DNA from: Phoronis australis
Lineage: Eukaryota; Animalia; Phoronida
Reading direction: 5' to 3'
Length of the DNA stretch: 64,000 bases
NCBI GenBank assembly: GCA_002633005.1
Contig: NMRA01000027.1
Location: 1,291,788 to 1,355,787, forward strand
The first letter of the stretch is position 1. Each line of letters starts with the position of its first letter. The translations under genes were made by a program, and so were the position numbers. The notes beneath the pieces were generated by a model. That model had not been told where the DNA came from, searched no databases, and saw only the letters and a program-made list of their open reading frames with translations. Positions 11,967 to 23,800 of the stretch are shown in pieces.

Positions 11967-12974
11967 CTATCTCCTGCTTAAACGGCATGCCGAAATTGTG
12001 TACTCACGCGGGGAAAGTAGAAATATTTGAACCAAAGCCTGTCGCAGCTTCTTACTTCCAATTATGCAAATGGTTGGTTGTACCGCGCTGCACGCGAAAC
12101 AAAAAGGGAGCGTAAGAACGTAAGCCAAATATCTCGAAGAAGCGGTCATTTGTAAACAGCCGGTAGTTCCACAGACGGCGTCCATATTCATGACGATAAT
12201 AAAGGGCGACCACAATGTCAAAAACGTTAGGCACATAAGGAGACAGGTTTTCGCTGCTCGTATGTTGGCAAGTTTGGAACTATCTGTGCCACTTGGTAAA
12301 ACCGAGGAGCGAAACTTCAGTAGCCGTTGAGCCAGAAGCGAGTTGAAAACGATAACAACGAGGATACAGACTAAAAATATAGTCATCAAACCTACCAGCC
12401 ACTCTTGGGTGATGAGGTACGTGTGGAAACAGTAAGCCTGAGAGATCACGGCGCCTGCATGCCTAGCGTCAAAGATGGGTATCACTAAAATTAACAAACA
12501 GATTCCCAGTACATTTGCGGCACATATTGCTGTACTATATTTCTTGGAAATATACTTCTTGTAACAGCTTTCGAAATTAGAGAAACGAATGTAACGGTCG
12601 AAACTGAGTAATGCTGTTGAGCATGCCGGTAGAAGGACTGTCAGTGTCTGAAGAATGTATACAAAGACGCACGTTCCAGCTGACAGGGCCGTCGGCGCAC
12701 GTAGAGACTGGCGCGGTATGAGAACAGACAATGGGCACGCGATACAGCCGACGAGCATGTGGCTGACATTGACGCCTATGAGGAATGGGTTTCGTCTGAG
12801 ATCAGGCCTAATTTTCTGCGTGATCAGAATGGCACCGTTGAGTCCAACCGTGCTGGTACCCAAAATAAAAATCATTGCTGACAATAACATTTGATTTGTT
12901 GTCACGGAAGTATCAACCGAGGCTGATCTTGACGAATTAAGGTCCAAAATCGCAGTATTGTTTCTCGTGTCCAT
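11967..12974 (-). CDS. Intronless rhodopsin-like (class A) 7TM GPCR, ~335 aa, orphan
   Basis: Seven hydrophobic segments, N-terminal N-glycosylation sequons (NNT, NSS), GLNG in TM1, Cys before TM3, SFDRY, LWSPF in TM6, basic helix 8 (SKKLRQAL). First ATG at 12974; AATAAA at 11830-11835. Confidence 0.88.
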   Translation of the reverse strand: MDTRNNTAILDLNSSRSASVDTSVTTNQMLLSAMIFILGTSTVGLNGAILITQKIRPDLRRNPFLIGVNVSHMLVGCIACPLSVLIPRQSLRAPTALSAGTCVFVYILQTLTVLLPACSTALLSFDRYIRFSNFESCYKKYISKKYSTAICAANVLGICLLILVIPIFDARHAGAVISQAYCFHTYLITQEWLVGLMTIFLVCILVVIVFNSLLAQRLLKFRSSVLPSGTDSSKLANIRAAKTCLLMCLTFLTLWSPFIIVMNMDAVCGTTGCLQMTASSRYLAYVLTLPFCFACSAVQPTICIIGSKKLRQALVQIFLLSPREYTISACRLSRR

Positions 12975-13958
12975 TTGACCCTCGCGCACCCGAGTTGTTG
13001 CAACTACCAGTGTTAGTTTTCTTTCTGTCGAATCAGTCTCACGAGGTTGAAACAGTTGTTATAAAATCTTAATTCACTGATATATGTATTTCCACGACGT
13101 GCGGCAGGGAACAAAATATCTACTCATCTGATTTGTGGACGATGTTATCGACAATAAGCTGATGTTTTAATTAATTTAAGAAATATGTAATTTATGCAAT
13201 TAACGTTTAGCAAAAGCGTGCACTATGACAACGCGAAATCTTGTGCAGTTACCATAGAAATGTGTACATTATACACCATCGGAAATACGCATTCTTTGTC
13301 ACTCGGTAATGAAGCTTTCAATCTACTTGCGAACTATTAATTAATTTCCCGAACGTTGACAAAGCTCTTCCGAACATCAGACCGACTTCCCAACCACTGA
13401 TGGCAGGTTCACTTTTGTTCTCGGCTGCAAGTATATGCAACGTTTCAGCAGAAAAATTGTTCTGACCGTCGATTCAGTGTTTGTCAGATGACTAGTAGGT
13501 TCTCTGAACGTGGGGCCTGTTCCGAAGTGCAAAATACTCGCATGTGAAAGTTACTGTGACCAATGTATGGCGATATCTCGCGACGAATTAACCTCAAATA
13601 ACTTGCAAGAAACTGTGCTCGATGAACGTAGGCCGTGTTCGCAGGTATCGGTGAAACACGTATACCGGAACCACATTGCTGACAAACTGTCATTCAAAAA
13701 CTCACTTTTGCCCGGAGTATCTTTTACCTATTCTACATTGGAAATGTTCATCAAAGAAAATAACACCATTTTTGTCAAAACATAGGTATACTGAATAGGC
13801 AGATTTCCACATTTTTGTGTACTCAGAGATGTTTCCACTGTGTATCCCGAGCCCCTAAATGAGGGATTTCACGGCATCTAAAATACGCGATTGCAACAAT
13901 AGAAATTGAACGTTTGGTGGTACAGACCTTCTTTTGCCCGCAAAATGAAGAAGGGTGG

Positions 13959-14116
13959 CAGGGGCGGATCCAGGATTTTGAGTTGGGGGGCAGGGTAGAG
14001 TATTAGCCAGGATTTTGACTGTCAGACGGTCGCACTCTCGAACTGCCAAATGGAATCTGGGAAAATTTTAGGGGGGGGGGCATGACCCCCTTGGCCCCCC
14101 TCTAAATCCGCCAGTG
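13959..14116 (+). mobile_element. ~157-bp dispersed MITE
   Basis: CAGGGGCGGATCCAGGATTTTGAG...CTAAATCCGCCAGTG; flanks GGTGG / GGAGG. Confidence 0.75.
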
Positions 14117-17100
14117 GGAGGGTTAGGTTTGCTGATAATTCTGTGGAGTAAATGGTGAGCTATTTCAACGGATGACATTCAGTGGTTTTTGAAGTTGCTT
14201 TGAGTGAAATAAGTCCAGAAATTGGTCTTCTGCTCTCATCTGGGAATATGGACATTTTCAGAGCACTTCTTTGTCCAGCGAGTAATCTCTGCTGCAAATA
14301 CAGGTATCTTTCAGAAGAATGGAAATAATAAAATTCTGTATTTATGGAATTCACCACGAAAGAGCATTCTCTATTCTTGTCCCCACTTTTAAACACGTCT
14401 ATCATTAGATTACAGAAGATACTCCGAGCCAAGACGTGTACCAGCGTTCTGTCATGGCATGGATCATCCTTATAGACACGTCAGTATAATCGCATACAGT
14501 TCGGCCATATTTCACGTAGACCATGAAATCGTCCACATCGAACAAGCAACAAATAGGCGTGCACAAAGATAATCCAACAACTTTTTATTCGCTAAGGCCT
14601 TAGATATGTTTTACAACGCACTTCCACTAGTTTGTGCCATGTCGTTATTCCTAAAAGTACAGAAAATCAACTTTCACGACATTTTTGCCACCCTACATCA
14701 GATTTTAAAGTCGGTTCTCCACGGCGTCCACGAGGTTTCCTCATGTGAAAACCAAAATTACTTGGATTTTAGAAGAAATTTCCTACTGTACAAAATGACT
14801 GGAAGTTAATGACGTGAACAGTTACAGTTCACGGGAAGCAATCAACAAGGCAAGCGGATATATGCGAGGTGTATCTTCAATTATTCCCTATCTCCTGAAA
14901 GTGTCGTAACTCAAATTATTCATTCGAAAAACAGTAATTTTTGCGTACTTAGTTGTTTTTGCTATTCATAAAAATAAAAACAAATGAAAGAAGAAGACGA
15001 ATATTGCAAAGACGCACCAGGCGAAGAAGAATAATAACAAAGAACAAGATCAACGCTGGGAGGTTGATGTGCGCCGACGGTGTATCGCAAACNTTATTTT
15101 AGTTTTTATTTCAGTGAATGTCGGTGAGTCGCAAATTGCCCGAGTGGAAATGAGCCACGTCGTTTTAACGACGATTACGTTTCTTCAATCCAATAGTTCA
15201 AAGGGGATTGATGAACTATGAAAAAAACTTTTTCTTCTCAAGTCCTAAGGCAAGGTGTGATCAAAGAAACACTGCCAGAAAAAAAGATCGAGTTTGCTCT
15301 TCTTCCGACATAAGATGTTTTAAGAGCCATTAATGGATTTCCCAAAGCGATTTGCGCCTCGGTAAAATTGATTTCAAGCAAATGCGGCAAAATTCATCAC
15401 CGAGGTAACAGAGCACGTTCAAACGAGTTGAAAATATTTAAAATTGGTTACCATTTTAGGTGAAATCGGCAAAACATTACTTGATAAACCACACTCAAAT
15501 CAAAATAGTTTCGGTAAATTATCATAAGTGGTAGCAAACTGAAAATGTCACAACAGGACGCAATGCTGATGATTGGGTATCGTTGAACAATCTATAACTT
15601 AGTCTAGTGGTTTGTCGGATGGGTACCAAAACTGAACTAAAACTACCACTAGGGGACGCGGATGCTCTCCTATCCATAACGAAAGAAATCTATGTTTAAT
15701 CAAAATCCTACGAAAGTTGGTAAAGAGGTCAACGTAAACAAAGGAAAGCGCAAACACCCCATTGCTAAGGGAAACCCCACGAGAGGCGTACCTCACTATC
15801 GATGTCGATAGTAAGGTGGTTAGGATTTATACACGAGTGTTGGTGCGTGGCTTTCGTGAATTATCCGGTCACACGCTTGAAATGTGCAGTTTTTTAAAAC
15901 AATTTTATACTTTAATACGTAAATTTATTTATTACATTTTATGACCCTGCTCGCAACATTCGATTAACTCTGTTCGTGAATGTTTGCAGTGGCGGATCCA
16001 GGATATCACAAGGGGGGCCCAATATTTTGTCCGGCTGTAAGCATTTGCGGAAACTGAACCACGATTGTAGATGCGCATAGCACCGAATGGGGGGAGGTCG
16101 GGAGGGGGGTTTGCCCCCCCCCCCTACCGCCCAGGAAATTTTTCTGTTTTTACCTCTAAAGATCAAGCATTTTCCTTGATTCCTCAAGTATTATCCAAGA
16201 AAAAAAGGCCCAAAAAAAAAACACGGAGAACGTGTCAAACAGAAAAACATTTATCACTTTTCCAGCAACAATTCTCAACCGAATTCTTTAAACGAAAATA
16301 TATTTTTGTCATTAAATACTCAGTACTATATTGGCTTCAATTCACAGGCAGTAGTCTTGGAGTGCATCTAACCTTCACCCGAATCGATTCCGACAGTCAA
16401 TATTAAGCCCACTGTAGTTGTAAAATTTAAATGCAACAAACGTTTTTTTATTGCACTAATGAGGTCGAAAAAATGATACAAAGAGACGAGAAGAAGAAAC
16501 TGGAAATGGAATAAGAAGAAATCGAAACCAAAAAAGGAAATGCTCTTAAAAGAGGAAAATTCCAAGCCCTAGAGAAAACAAATACAGACGTGATAAAAGA
16601 ATTACACTCATGAGAAAAGATCGACGTTTGCGGACTGAGAACGGTAGCTGCAGACTACCCACAAAGCGTAACAGAGCATTACTCATTAAAAGATTAAAAT
16701 TGATCACCTCATTTTTTCACATTTTCAAGATAAGACGATACTAAATTAGAGAAAACGACGACATGACGTAGTAAAATATATTTGCTTCAAATACAGACAT
16801 TCGGGGTTTCAACACGGTGCTAAAATTGAGACTTCTTCAATCAGACGTAAATTCTAGAATAGACGAAGATGGTTCTATAACTATCAAAACTAGTCATCAA
16901 CACGGAAATTCCTTTCAAATTAACAGCCCACAGGTGCGTTCCGTAACACAAGAAAAACACGTGAGTTAAAATTAGTGCGATCACGTGCTTGCTTGTAACG
17001 CATGGCGATATCTCGCGAAGACTTGCGTGGTCTTGCCAAATTCGCAAGAGACTGGCCTCCCGGGACACAACCCAAGCCTAAACGTAATTGGTTCTATTTA

Positions 17101-18208
17101 CCTTTGACACAGGAAGCAATACCACAAACGTATTATGTTATACGTGTCTGTAACTAATGTCCACCACATAATGTTCATATAAATAAGTAAAATACATCTC
17201 AAGCAATAAATAAAACCTAACAACAGTTCTATTCTTGTCCCAATGCTGACTTTAATTTCAGAACACTCCCAAAACAACAGCAGAGCGCTTCCTTTCACAG
17301 AACAACACCACTGGGCACCCCAATACTGAACATAGCAGAAACATTTGGTTGTTAGTAAAATTTGAAAAATGGTACTGAGATATTCTGTAACAGAAAAGAA
17401 TTAGTTCCATTCCTTGACAAGGCCCCAGTAAAAACAACAACAGATGTTTCAAGTAACTGAAATGAAAAAAAAATGGGAGAAGACCAGAAACTAAAGATTC
17501 ATCACTTCAGTTAAAAGCTCTATGCACTTTGGTGATAATTTATATACAGTTGTGGTAGCCAAAGCTTGAGGATGGGTGGTAAGTACACTCTGATAGTCCT
17601 ATTGTAGTTATAGAAGGGGATGGTAAGTATATCATAGATCCTATTATAATGACATAAAAAGAATGGAGATAATTGGAAAGTTAACAGTAGTTATTTAACA
17701 ATTTCTAAAGGTTTCCGATGGGAGGCAAGTATGCCTGTAGCCCTATCAAAGTGTTAGATAAAGGACTAGAGATGGCGCTTCTCATATAACTCTAATCTAA
17801 TGTAAAGACAGGATGAGCAGTGATTATAATGCTAAATAAAAGTCAAGGGTGGATAGCCAGTATACCACCAGTTCTATTGCAATGGCATATTAAGGATGGG
17901 AAATAAACAGTATACCTAACAAAGCAATAGATAAAGGCTGCAGGAGGGAGATAGGCCCTAATCATACCATATACCACCAGTAAGTAAGAATACATTGTAT
18001 ATGAAAGCACACATGTGCATTTTCCATAAAACATGACAACAAATATAAACCATCTGTACAGACATGCTACATTATCTAACTAGAATCACTAAATGCTTTA
18101 TGCTTGCAAAATATTGACCCTGTTCCTAGTTTTATATAAACAGATCATCCTTGTATGTATAACACAGACAAGTAGACACTAAATGTAGCAATTTCAGGTT
18201 GCCATTAA

Positions 18209-18678
18209 CAGGGGGAATCAACAATTGGTCAGACTTCAAAACCAGTCGACTGGACTGCAAAACCAATTGACTTGTAATCAAATGCGTTGTCCGGACTTCA
18301 AAACCTGATGACCTCACCCAAAATCTAGTTGACTGGACAAGACACGATGGCTGGTGCTATAACCAGTTGGCCGGTGATCAAACATGGCGGCAGACTCTCC
18401 CTCAGAGACTTTGAATGTCTCGAAGGATTCAAGTGACATCTAGTGTTTACTTTTCCTATCTGTTTGTTTTAAATCTGCGATTTGTTAGGCCACTGTGTTT
18501 TAGGTCCGGTCAACCAGTTTGTTGAGTGCAACCATCTGGTTTTAAGGTACCAGCCAACCTGGTTTGAGGTCCAACCACCAGGTTAGAACACCGGCCATTG
18601 GGTTTTGCAGTACAGCCATCTGGTTTTGAAGTCTGGACAAGTAGTTTTGAAGACTGACCAATTGTTGATTCCCCCATG
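18209..18678. mobile_element. MITE with long imperfect TIRs and 5-bp TSD (ATTAA)
   Basis: CAGGGGGAATCAACAATTGGTCAG / CTGACCAATTGTTGATTCCCCCATG; subterminal AAAACCAG-type repeats; ATTAA on both flanks. Confidence 0.72.
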
Positions 18679-20237
18679 ATTAATATCTCATATTTCAGGC
18701 AAATCACAGAACAATATTGACAATAGTACTTTACTCTAACAACTATACAGATCCATACATTATCTCATTTAGACCATATAGCACATGGAGGAAATTTTTT
18801 ATGAATTGTTGAGTCTGCCAATTGACCATGGATAGGTCAGTGCAGATAGTGATCCACAAGACTGATCAATGCTCATCATTTCAGCAACACAGGCTGTGAA
18901 GGGGATTTCTACTTGAATTCCAGATACTTTGTTAGACAATTTTTGACATGTACTGCGTAATATTGCAAGGCACATCTTGAAAAATAATTTGATCAGCCTC
19001 ACAGTACTGCCTACAAATTTATTATGCAACCCTCAGGTGCCGTGACTAACTGTTACTAAACTCATCCAAACACCCTGAATTCAATGATATGCATTTGTGC
19101 CATTAGAAATTAGATCCTGATTCAGGGGCCTAGCTAGATATTTGCCACACATAGGCATCAACACCTCATCACGGCCCAAAATCGTGTAATTAGTGAACAA
19201 TCATAAACAATTTGGCCACAGTGGATTCAACACAGGATGTGACATTAAATGCATTGAGAAGTGACAAAAGAAAATTTGGTCACGCCATGTTGAAAATGCT
19301 TTAAATTTTACTTAAATTGAGCTACGCCCGGATTGTTAATTTGTTTTGAGCAAAAATCAAAGACAATCTGACAGACAAACATGTAACAATCCAACACATC
19401 ACAAAGTCAAATAACACCAGTGCTAATTTACTCCTCCAGCAAAACTCTAAATAGATTATAGCATAACACTTAACTGTCCACTGAAAACTACATTCGAACA
19501 CTAGCATTGGTCAAGTCCACCTGTAACCCTCGACCACAGCAAAATCAAATTAGCATTACTCAAAAAACGCATAAGCATTTGTTTTGCATAAGACTGACCC
19601 ATAAAATGAATAATAAAATAAAACGTATTGAAAATAAGCTTTTTGTTACACAAAAGTAAGATTTCAAACAAAATAAACTGCAGCAGTATTTCACCATCAG
19701 CAAACTACAATGACCACAAGTACTATGACTTTCAGGTCATGGCAAAATACATGCCATTGCTCCAAATGTCTTCTGCATAGAATACTCAGCTGTAAGGAAA
19801 TAGTGTCACAAAAGGGTGAGGTTTGGAAGATGGTAAAGTTTCTTCTAATTAAAACAAAGGTGACTGACATAACTGTCACTAAGAATAACTTGATGACAGA
19901 TATATAAACTCGAAAAAAACACTGATTCAAGTAGACGTCTTTCTTCTTTTTTCCAAAACACTTGGCAACATAAAGTGTATCACCAATACTGCGTTTTAAT
20001 TTGAAGAAACTCTACCATACAGGGTGAATGATCTACAATCTCATGTTCGTATTCCCAGTACACACCACTTCCTACCATTTGGGTAAAAAGAAACTTTCAT
20101 AAAACAACAGTGATTGGTCACATGGGACAGAGACTCATGCTGCCACCTGGCAGTAGATGAAGACAATTCTAGTTTGCCTTGGGTGACACGAGGAGATTTA
20201 AGACACAAATATAAGTAGATTATTCTGTGAATATGAA

Positions 20238-20273
20238 CACACGCACGCGCGCGCGCGCGCGCGCGCGCGCACG

Positions 20274-20312
<39 letters not shown>
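20238..20312. repeat. Compound (CG)n-(CA)n microsatellite
   Basis: Alternating purine-pyrimidine tract of about 75 bp, ~390 nt downstream of the amphiphysin stop. Confidence 0.97.
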
Positions 20313-20314
<2 letters not shown>

Positions 20315-20704
20315 AAGGGGTCATTTCCTTCATATTTATTACCTCCATACGAAAATCTGTGAAATATGCCGGTTATTTCTTACAAACTGGTTTAAACATT
20401 TTTAGTTATGAAAGCAACTTGATTCTAATACCAGATTGGGCAGAAAGATTACCGGTTATTGATAAAAGTCGACAGATCTGTTTGGGTATGGGAACTCTTT
20501 ATTATGCATGGGAATGTTTGTGACATGCATTACATGATTTACAGTTTGTAAATCTAAATCTGGTAGTCGGAAACGAGAAAATGCTCTTTTACATGTTAGC
20601 TCTATCTCTGGAAGGAGATAGTTGTCTCTAGTCCCATGTGACAACTCATCCCAACATCATGAAAGTCTCTTGTTGTAGACATTATACGAGAGCAGAACAG
20701 CTGT

Positions 20705-20887
20705 CTAGATGGGTTTTGTAAAGTTGGCGGGGAAGACACCCTTGACTCCCGAAGTCTGTAACAGCCCCATCAACCAACCCTCATCCTCGTCTTCGGGGTC
20801 ATCATATGGCATTACGTAAATGATGTCACCAGCGGCAAAGGTCAACTCATCATCATCATTTCCCTTGTAATCGTGAGTGGCCTTCAC
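20705..20887 (-). CDS. AMPH: Amphiphysin terminal exon, SH3 domain
   Basis: [25 protein letters not shown]...DEGWLMG...[11 protein letters not shown]; CAG acceptor. Confidence 0.95.
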   Translation of the reverse strand: MKATHDYKGNDDDELTFAAGDIIYVMPYDDPEDEDEGWLMGLLQTSGVKGVFPANFTKPI

Positions 20888-23800
20888 CTGACAAGTGTAA
20901 GCACAGGTTTTATATCAGATTACAGAAACCAGATAACAACATGGTTCCTATCATACACAAAAAGTGCCTGGACTGCCAAGCGTTGTTATATACAAACAAT
21001 TTATAAGGTCAAGTTCAAAATAAGATACAATAAGAATCAAACTGTTTATTAAGTCAAAAAATAACTCGTCACTTCCACTCCAGTATAATCCTAGAAAACA
21101 AGAACTGTTTCATCAGTCAAAACTTGCCCTATTTCATGATATGATTTTTTGTGAGAAGTTGCGCAAACAAATCGAAACAATCGACCTCACCATTGTGTGA
21201 AACGGGATGCCCGAAGAAATAGCCGAAATAGCCATGATACCAAAGCTCTGGTCAACATAACTTTAAAATATATTAACTTAATATAAAATTGCCAAGTGCA
21301 TAAAAAGCTTTATAAGTATCTTTAGGCAACACTTTCGCAACAGTGTCAACAGTATTGTGTCACTTTAAGCTACGAGTTAACCAGCCAATCCTCTAAACGG
21401 GAGCAAGTTCTGGTTAGTGACAGAACGTTGCACATAGATAAGCCAAGTCAACTGCTTAGACCTAAAAATTTCAGAAAAGGCCACAAACGTAAAAGTTACC
21501 ACCAGTTAATGCAGAGCAGCAACAATATCTGTTGTGGATTGTGACATTTTCGATTTTATGGATGGAAAATGCATTTTTAGGATTATTGTTGAATTGGCTT
21601 CTTGAACGCACTAGCTTAGGTCACAGTTATAAAACAACAAAATCTGTTGCGTTTAATTTTTGATTATACTACAAATCACAAATTTTCGCTGTAGTATGCC
21701 AGACATTTGCTGAAACCAAGAACGGTGACTTTACCAGACATGTTTAAAATACTCTGCCATTTATCAAGTGTGGTTCATCTCCACCAACAAAGTAATATTT
21801 GATTGGGACTTTGGGGATTCCAGGTTTGATTCTGCGCTGAGTCGGATTTCAAAAAATCATTTTTCTACAATTTAACTGAAATCTGAAACTCCCTGAGTTT
21901 GAAGGCTTAATTCAGATATTTCTGAGAAAATAAACCTTATGTAAGTGGGCCAATTCCAACTCCACTTCTACGTTCATAATGTAAAGCAGTATCACCTGAT
22001 ACAACACTCCAGCTGGAAGACTGTCATCAATGGGCGCATTGTTCTCTGGTGTATGATACACAGAAGGATCTGCCTCGGGGAAAGTGTAGATGGATGCATC
22101 GCCCCCTGGGTTATTAGCTGCCGCGGCCGCATCTTCAACCTCCGTGGGAGACACATAAATATATTCGTTCTCATCGTCGTTGTCTGACCCATCCGTCCGC
22201 TTGTCAGCCACAGCCTGTGTGTACTGAGGTGTAGATTTGACGCCAGAGTCGGTTGACTGATACTGAGGGTCGGAGGGCATGCTGTCAGCTTCATCCTTTG
22301 AAACATGAAATGTTAGGATTGCTCATTAAAAAGTAACATTTCTTGAAATGAGCCATCACAATTACTGGGACAGTTGTTTACTTTATGAAGAGTGACCAGA
22401 CGAAACTTGGTCAACTCTGCCTGTACTGGAAGCAAATCCATCACGGGTTACTTCCCAGCGATGGCTGGTAATCATTCATACGGCGTAGTAGACTGCTAGT
22501 TAATTGGGTTTTTCAAGGACATGTGACAGGACGTTAGTACCTGAATTTTGTTTATATTATTGTTATGCTGATTTAGTTGCTATTGTTCATTTATTCTTAT
22601 GCTTAATGTCTTTGTTGCATCTCAGATTGCGCCATAGCCTTTGTTACGTGGGGCATGCGGGCATGACTGTATGTGTCGGGCACTTCGCTAGCGACAGGCT
22701 TCAGAGAAGGGAGTGTTTCCTTCCTTGGCCAATATGGACTTGAGCGTGTCATGTGCAACTGAACCGAAATGTATGTATTGACGTGAAATACACATTTTTG
22801 GTGTAATTCACTGGAGATTTGCTTTGTTACAGCATAGACTATTAATAGTACATGAACCGCAAACTCCGTATACTTTCAATGGACGAAATCTGTGCTCTTA
22901 TAGAAGCACTGACGTCATTTTCACTAGCAACACCTGACCAAATATTCTGGTTTTATTTCTGGCAAGTACGTCGTCTACTAAACTTGGTCGGCTGTTGTCT
23001 CGTCACAATGCACTTACCGAAAATTGAAACAGATAATTTAGGAGAGTGGCGCCTTCTCTAGGATAGTACGCAAGAAAATGTCGAAGTTACGAATCTGTTG
23101 TCTATAATCTTTGGTTACAGACACAGCCATAAGATTGATGCAGCTGAGAATAACATTGCTGTGCACCAACAGCTAGCAAAGTGCGCACCATCAAATAACA
23201 TGATCATTATTATCTTTTATGTTTTGTCAGATTATGGAAATTTCAACATGCCGAACAAGACTGCAAGCATCGTCCACTATTTTACATGCTCATCCAAGGC
23301 ATGAGTAGTATACAATTCCCAATGTTAAAAGGCAGATCGTGTGTGTTGACGAAGACAATAATTGTAAATACTGTAACAGTTAAATCTCACCAATATTGGA
23401 CAAACTAATGTTCAGAATGTCCACAGTTTTTCAAAATATTGTCTGGTGGAAGCTATTGTACACCATGTGAACACGGAAAAGCATTAACTTGGTACTATAT
23501 GTCTTATGGAAAAATGAGAACATAAATTTCACTTCTCCGCCATATTGTGTCCTCAGTAGGAGACAATTTACCATAGCAGCAACAGCAACATTTATTTAGT
23601 GTAAGCACTCCTCCACAGATGGCTCTGACATTATATCCAGAATCTCATTCACTCCGTCACATATATTCACTATCAATACCAAGCTCGGAGGAGTACGAGA
23701 CACCTTTGTGCAATGCTCGATTGTCTGCCAATGTTAGCCAAGACTTGAATCTGGGTCTCCCTGACAGCAGTATGTAGCTCAAACCACTGTTTAAACTAAC

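Noticed and set aside
20041-20310. ORF beginning MCVCVC...RARARA
   Set aside because: Translation of the microsatellite.
23680-23790. tRNA gene or tRNA-derived SINE head on the minus strand
   Set aside because: Only loose A/B-box resemblance, no cloverleaf, and no second copy recognised in the window.
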